Positions 33,478 to 35,703 of a DNA stretch of 35,703 nucleotides are shown in pieces; positions within the stretch are counted from its first letter, which is position 1, and every line of letters begins with the position of its first letter. The notes under the pieces are model-generated. The model was not told the DNA's origin and ran no database searches. It worked only from the letters and a program-made list of their open reading frames with translations. The stretch is taken from the IMG/VR virus record IMGVR_UViG_2547132279_000002; one strand, 5' to 3'. Made by a program: the position numbers and the translations under genes. Source of the stretch: a virus. Taxonomy: Duplodnaviria > Heunggongvirae > Uroviricota > Caudoviricetes.

Positions 33478-33553
33478 CAACCACGGAATGCATTTTTCTG
33501 GCAGCGGGCTTCATATTCTGTGTGCTTATGCTTGCCGACATGGGACTTGTTCA

Positions 33554-33769
33554 ATGACACCTCAGCAGGAAAACGCCCTTCGCAGCATTGCCCGTCAGGC
33601 TAATTCTGAAATCAAAAAAGCCAGACAGCAGTTTCCGGATAAAAACGTCGATGACATTTGCCGTAGCGTACTAAAGAAGCACCGCGAAACGGTAACGCTG
33701 ATGGGATTCACACCGACTCATTTAAGCCTGGCGATCGGCATGTTAAACGGCGTCTTTAAGGAACGGTGA
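33554..33769 (+). CDS. hypothetical protein
   Basis: 71-aa ORF from internal ATG (MTPQQENALRSIARQANSEIKKARQQF...); no family recognised. Confidence 0.35.
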   Translation: MTPQQENALRSIARQANSEIKKARQQFPDKNVDDICRSVLKKHRETVTLMGFTPTHLSLAIGMLNGVFKER

Positions 33770-33867
33770 ACATGAAAAGCAAAATCATCAGGGAGCTACA
33801 GGCTCCTTTTTTATTGTTCGCATTCATCCTCAAGCGTATTAACCAACAATTCAGGGATTAATGGAAG

Positions 33868-34086
33868 ATGGCAGACATCATTGATTCAGCATCAGAAATC
33901 GAAGAATTACAGCGCAATACAGCAATAAAAATGCGTCGTCTGAACTACCAGACTGTATCCGCAACTCATTGTTGTGAGTGTGGCGATCCGATAGATGAGC
34001 GAAGACGCCTGGCTGTTCAGGGTTGTCGGACTTGTGCAAGTTGCCAGGAGGAGATCGAACTTAAGAACAAACAATGGGGACTGTGA
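33868..34086 (+). CDS. TraR/DksA-family C4 zinc-finger protein
   Basis: 72-aa ORF with CxxC-n17-CxxC (CCECGDPIDERRRLAVQGCRTCASC), typical of phage TraR/DksA-like proteins. Confidence 0.6.
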   Translation: MADIIDSASEIEELQRNTAIKMRRLNYQTVSATHCCECGDPIDERRRLAVQGCRTCASCQEEIELKNKQWGL

Positions 34087-34133
34087 TGGCCTCAAAGCAG
34101 CAAATTTCAACATCGTCCAACTGAGGTGTAAAA

Positions 34134-34412
34134 ATGTTCAGAATCATTTTTCCTAACACCTGGTACGTCGACCACCACGGCACTCCCTGCAAAATCCTGC
34201 GTTCTACCCACAACAAAGTTCACTACATCCGAAAAGGCAGAACATGTATCGCCAGCATGTTCCGCTTTAATCATGACTTTGAACCTGTGAATAAAGCTGA
34301 TGCAGATCGGATAGCAGAAGAGATCGAAACGGCAGAACACATTAAGAAGTTACGTGACATGCGTTCAAAAAGCAGAGGTAACCATGGAATCATACAGCCT
34401 CACACTCGATGA
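34134..34412 (+). CDS. hypothetical protein
   Basis: 92-aa ORF, no family recognised; in the int-proximal accessory region. Confidence 0.35.
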   Translation: MFRIIFPNTWYVDHHGTPCKILRSTHNKVHYIRKGRTCIASMFRFNHDFEPVNKADADRIAEEIETAEHIKKLRDMRSKSRGNHGIIQPHTR

Positions 34413-34610
34413 GGCCTGTCAGTTTCTTAAGATATCCAGACCAACCGCCACCAACTGGATACGAACAGGCCGCCTACAGGCAACACGTAAAGATCCAACC
34501 AAGCCAAAATCTCCTTACCTCACAACACGGCAAGCCTGCATTGCGGCGCTTCAGTCTCCGCTGCATACTGTCCAGGTGAGCGCGGGTGATGGCATAACAG
34601 AGGAAAGAAA

Positions 34611-35703
<1,093 letters not shown>

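Noticed and set aside
31033-33560. Alternative-frame and antisense ORFs across gam/bet/exo/methyltransferase (31033..31347, 31189..31461, 31268..31744, 31870..32186, 32449..32975, 33223..33560)
   Set aside because: Overlap genes with very strong lambda matches (Gam, Bet, Exo) or the NPPY methyltransferase.

Overview
This window is a nearly complete lambda-like (lambdoid) prophage, read in reverse relative to the usual lambda map. All calls rest on my recollection of lambda, phage 21, DLP12 and Rac proteins and on reading the six-frame track; no database search was run. Minus strand, left to right: tail genes M (partial), H, G/T (with the GGGAAAG -1 slippery site), V, U, Z; head genes FII, FI, E, D, C/Nu3, B, W; terminase A; Nu1; cos. 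Then bor (+), the lysis cassette Rz/Rz1 with a phage-21-type SAR endolysin and pinholin, an intact porin moron (+), Q, ylcG, rusA, ybcO-like, ninE, ninB, replication genes P and O (with origin iterons inside O), a YdaT/CII-like gene and a Cro-like gene. Plus strand: a LexA-like CI repressor, an unknown 287-aa gene in the rex position, gam-bet-exo, a Dam-like methyltransferase, a TraR/DksA-like zinc finger, xis and int. The prophage looks cryptic: terminase A is split by an IS66-family element with an 8-bp target duplication, and the integrase is cut short by an IS21-family element at the window edge. The best candidate for an undescribed system is a visibly AT-rich two-gene island between ninB and P, antisense to the phage early operon, encoding an ABC-type ATPase and an HNH nuclease (Septu-like architecture); both reading frames break at poly-A runs. 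The second candidate is the 287-aa gene just downstream of cI. No tRNA, rRNA or CRISPR array was seen.
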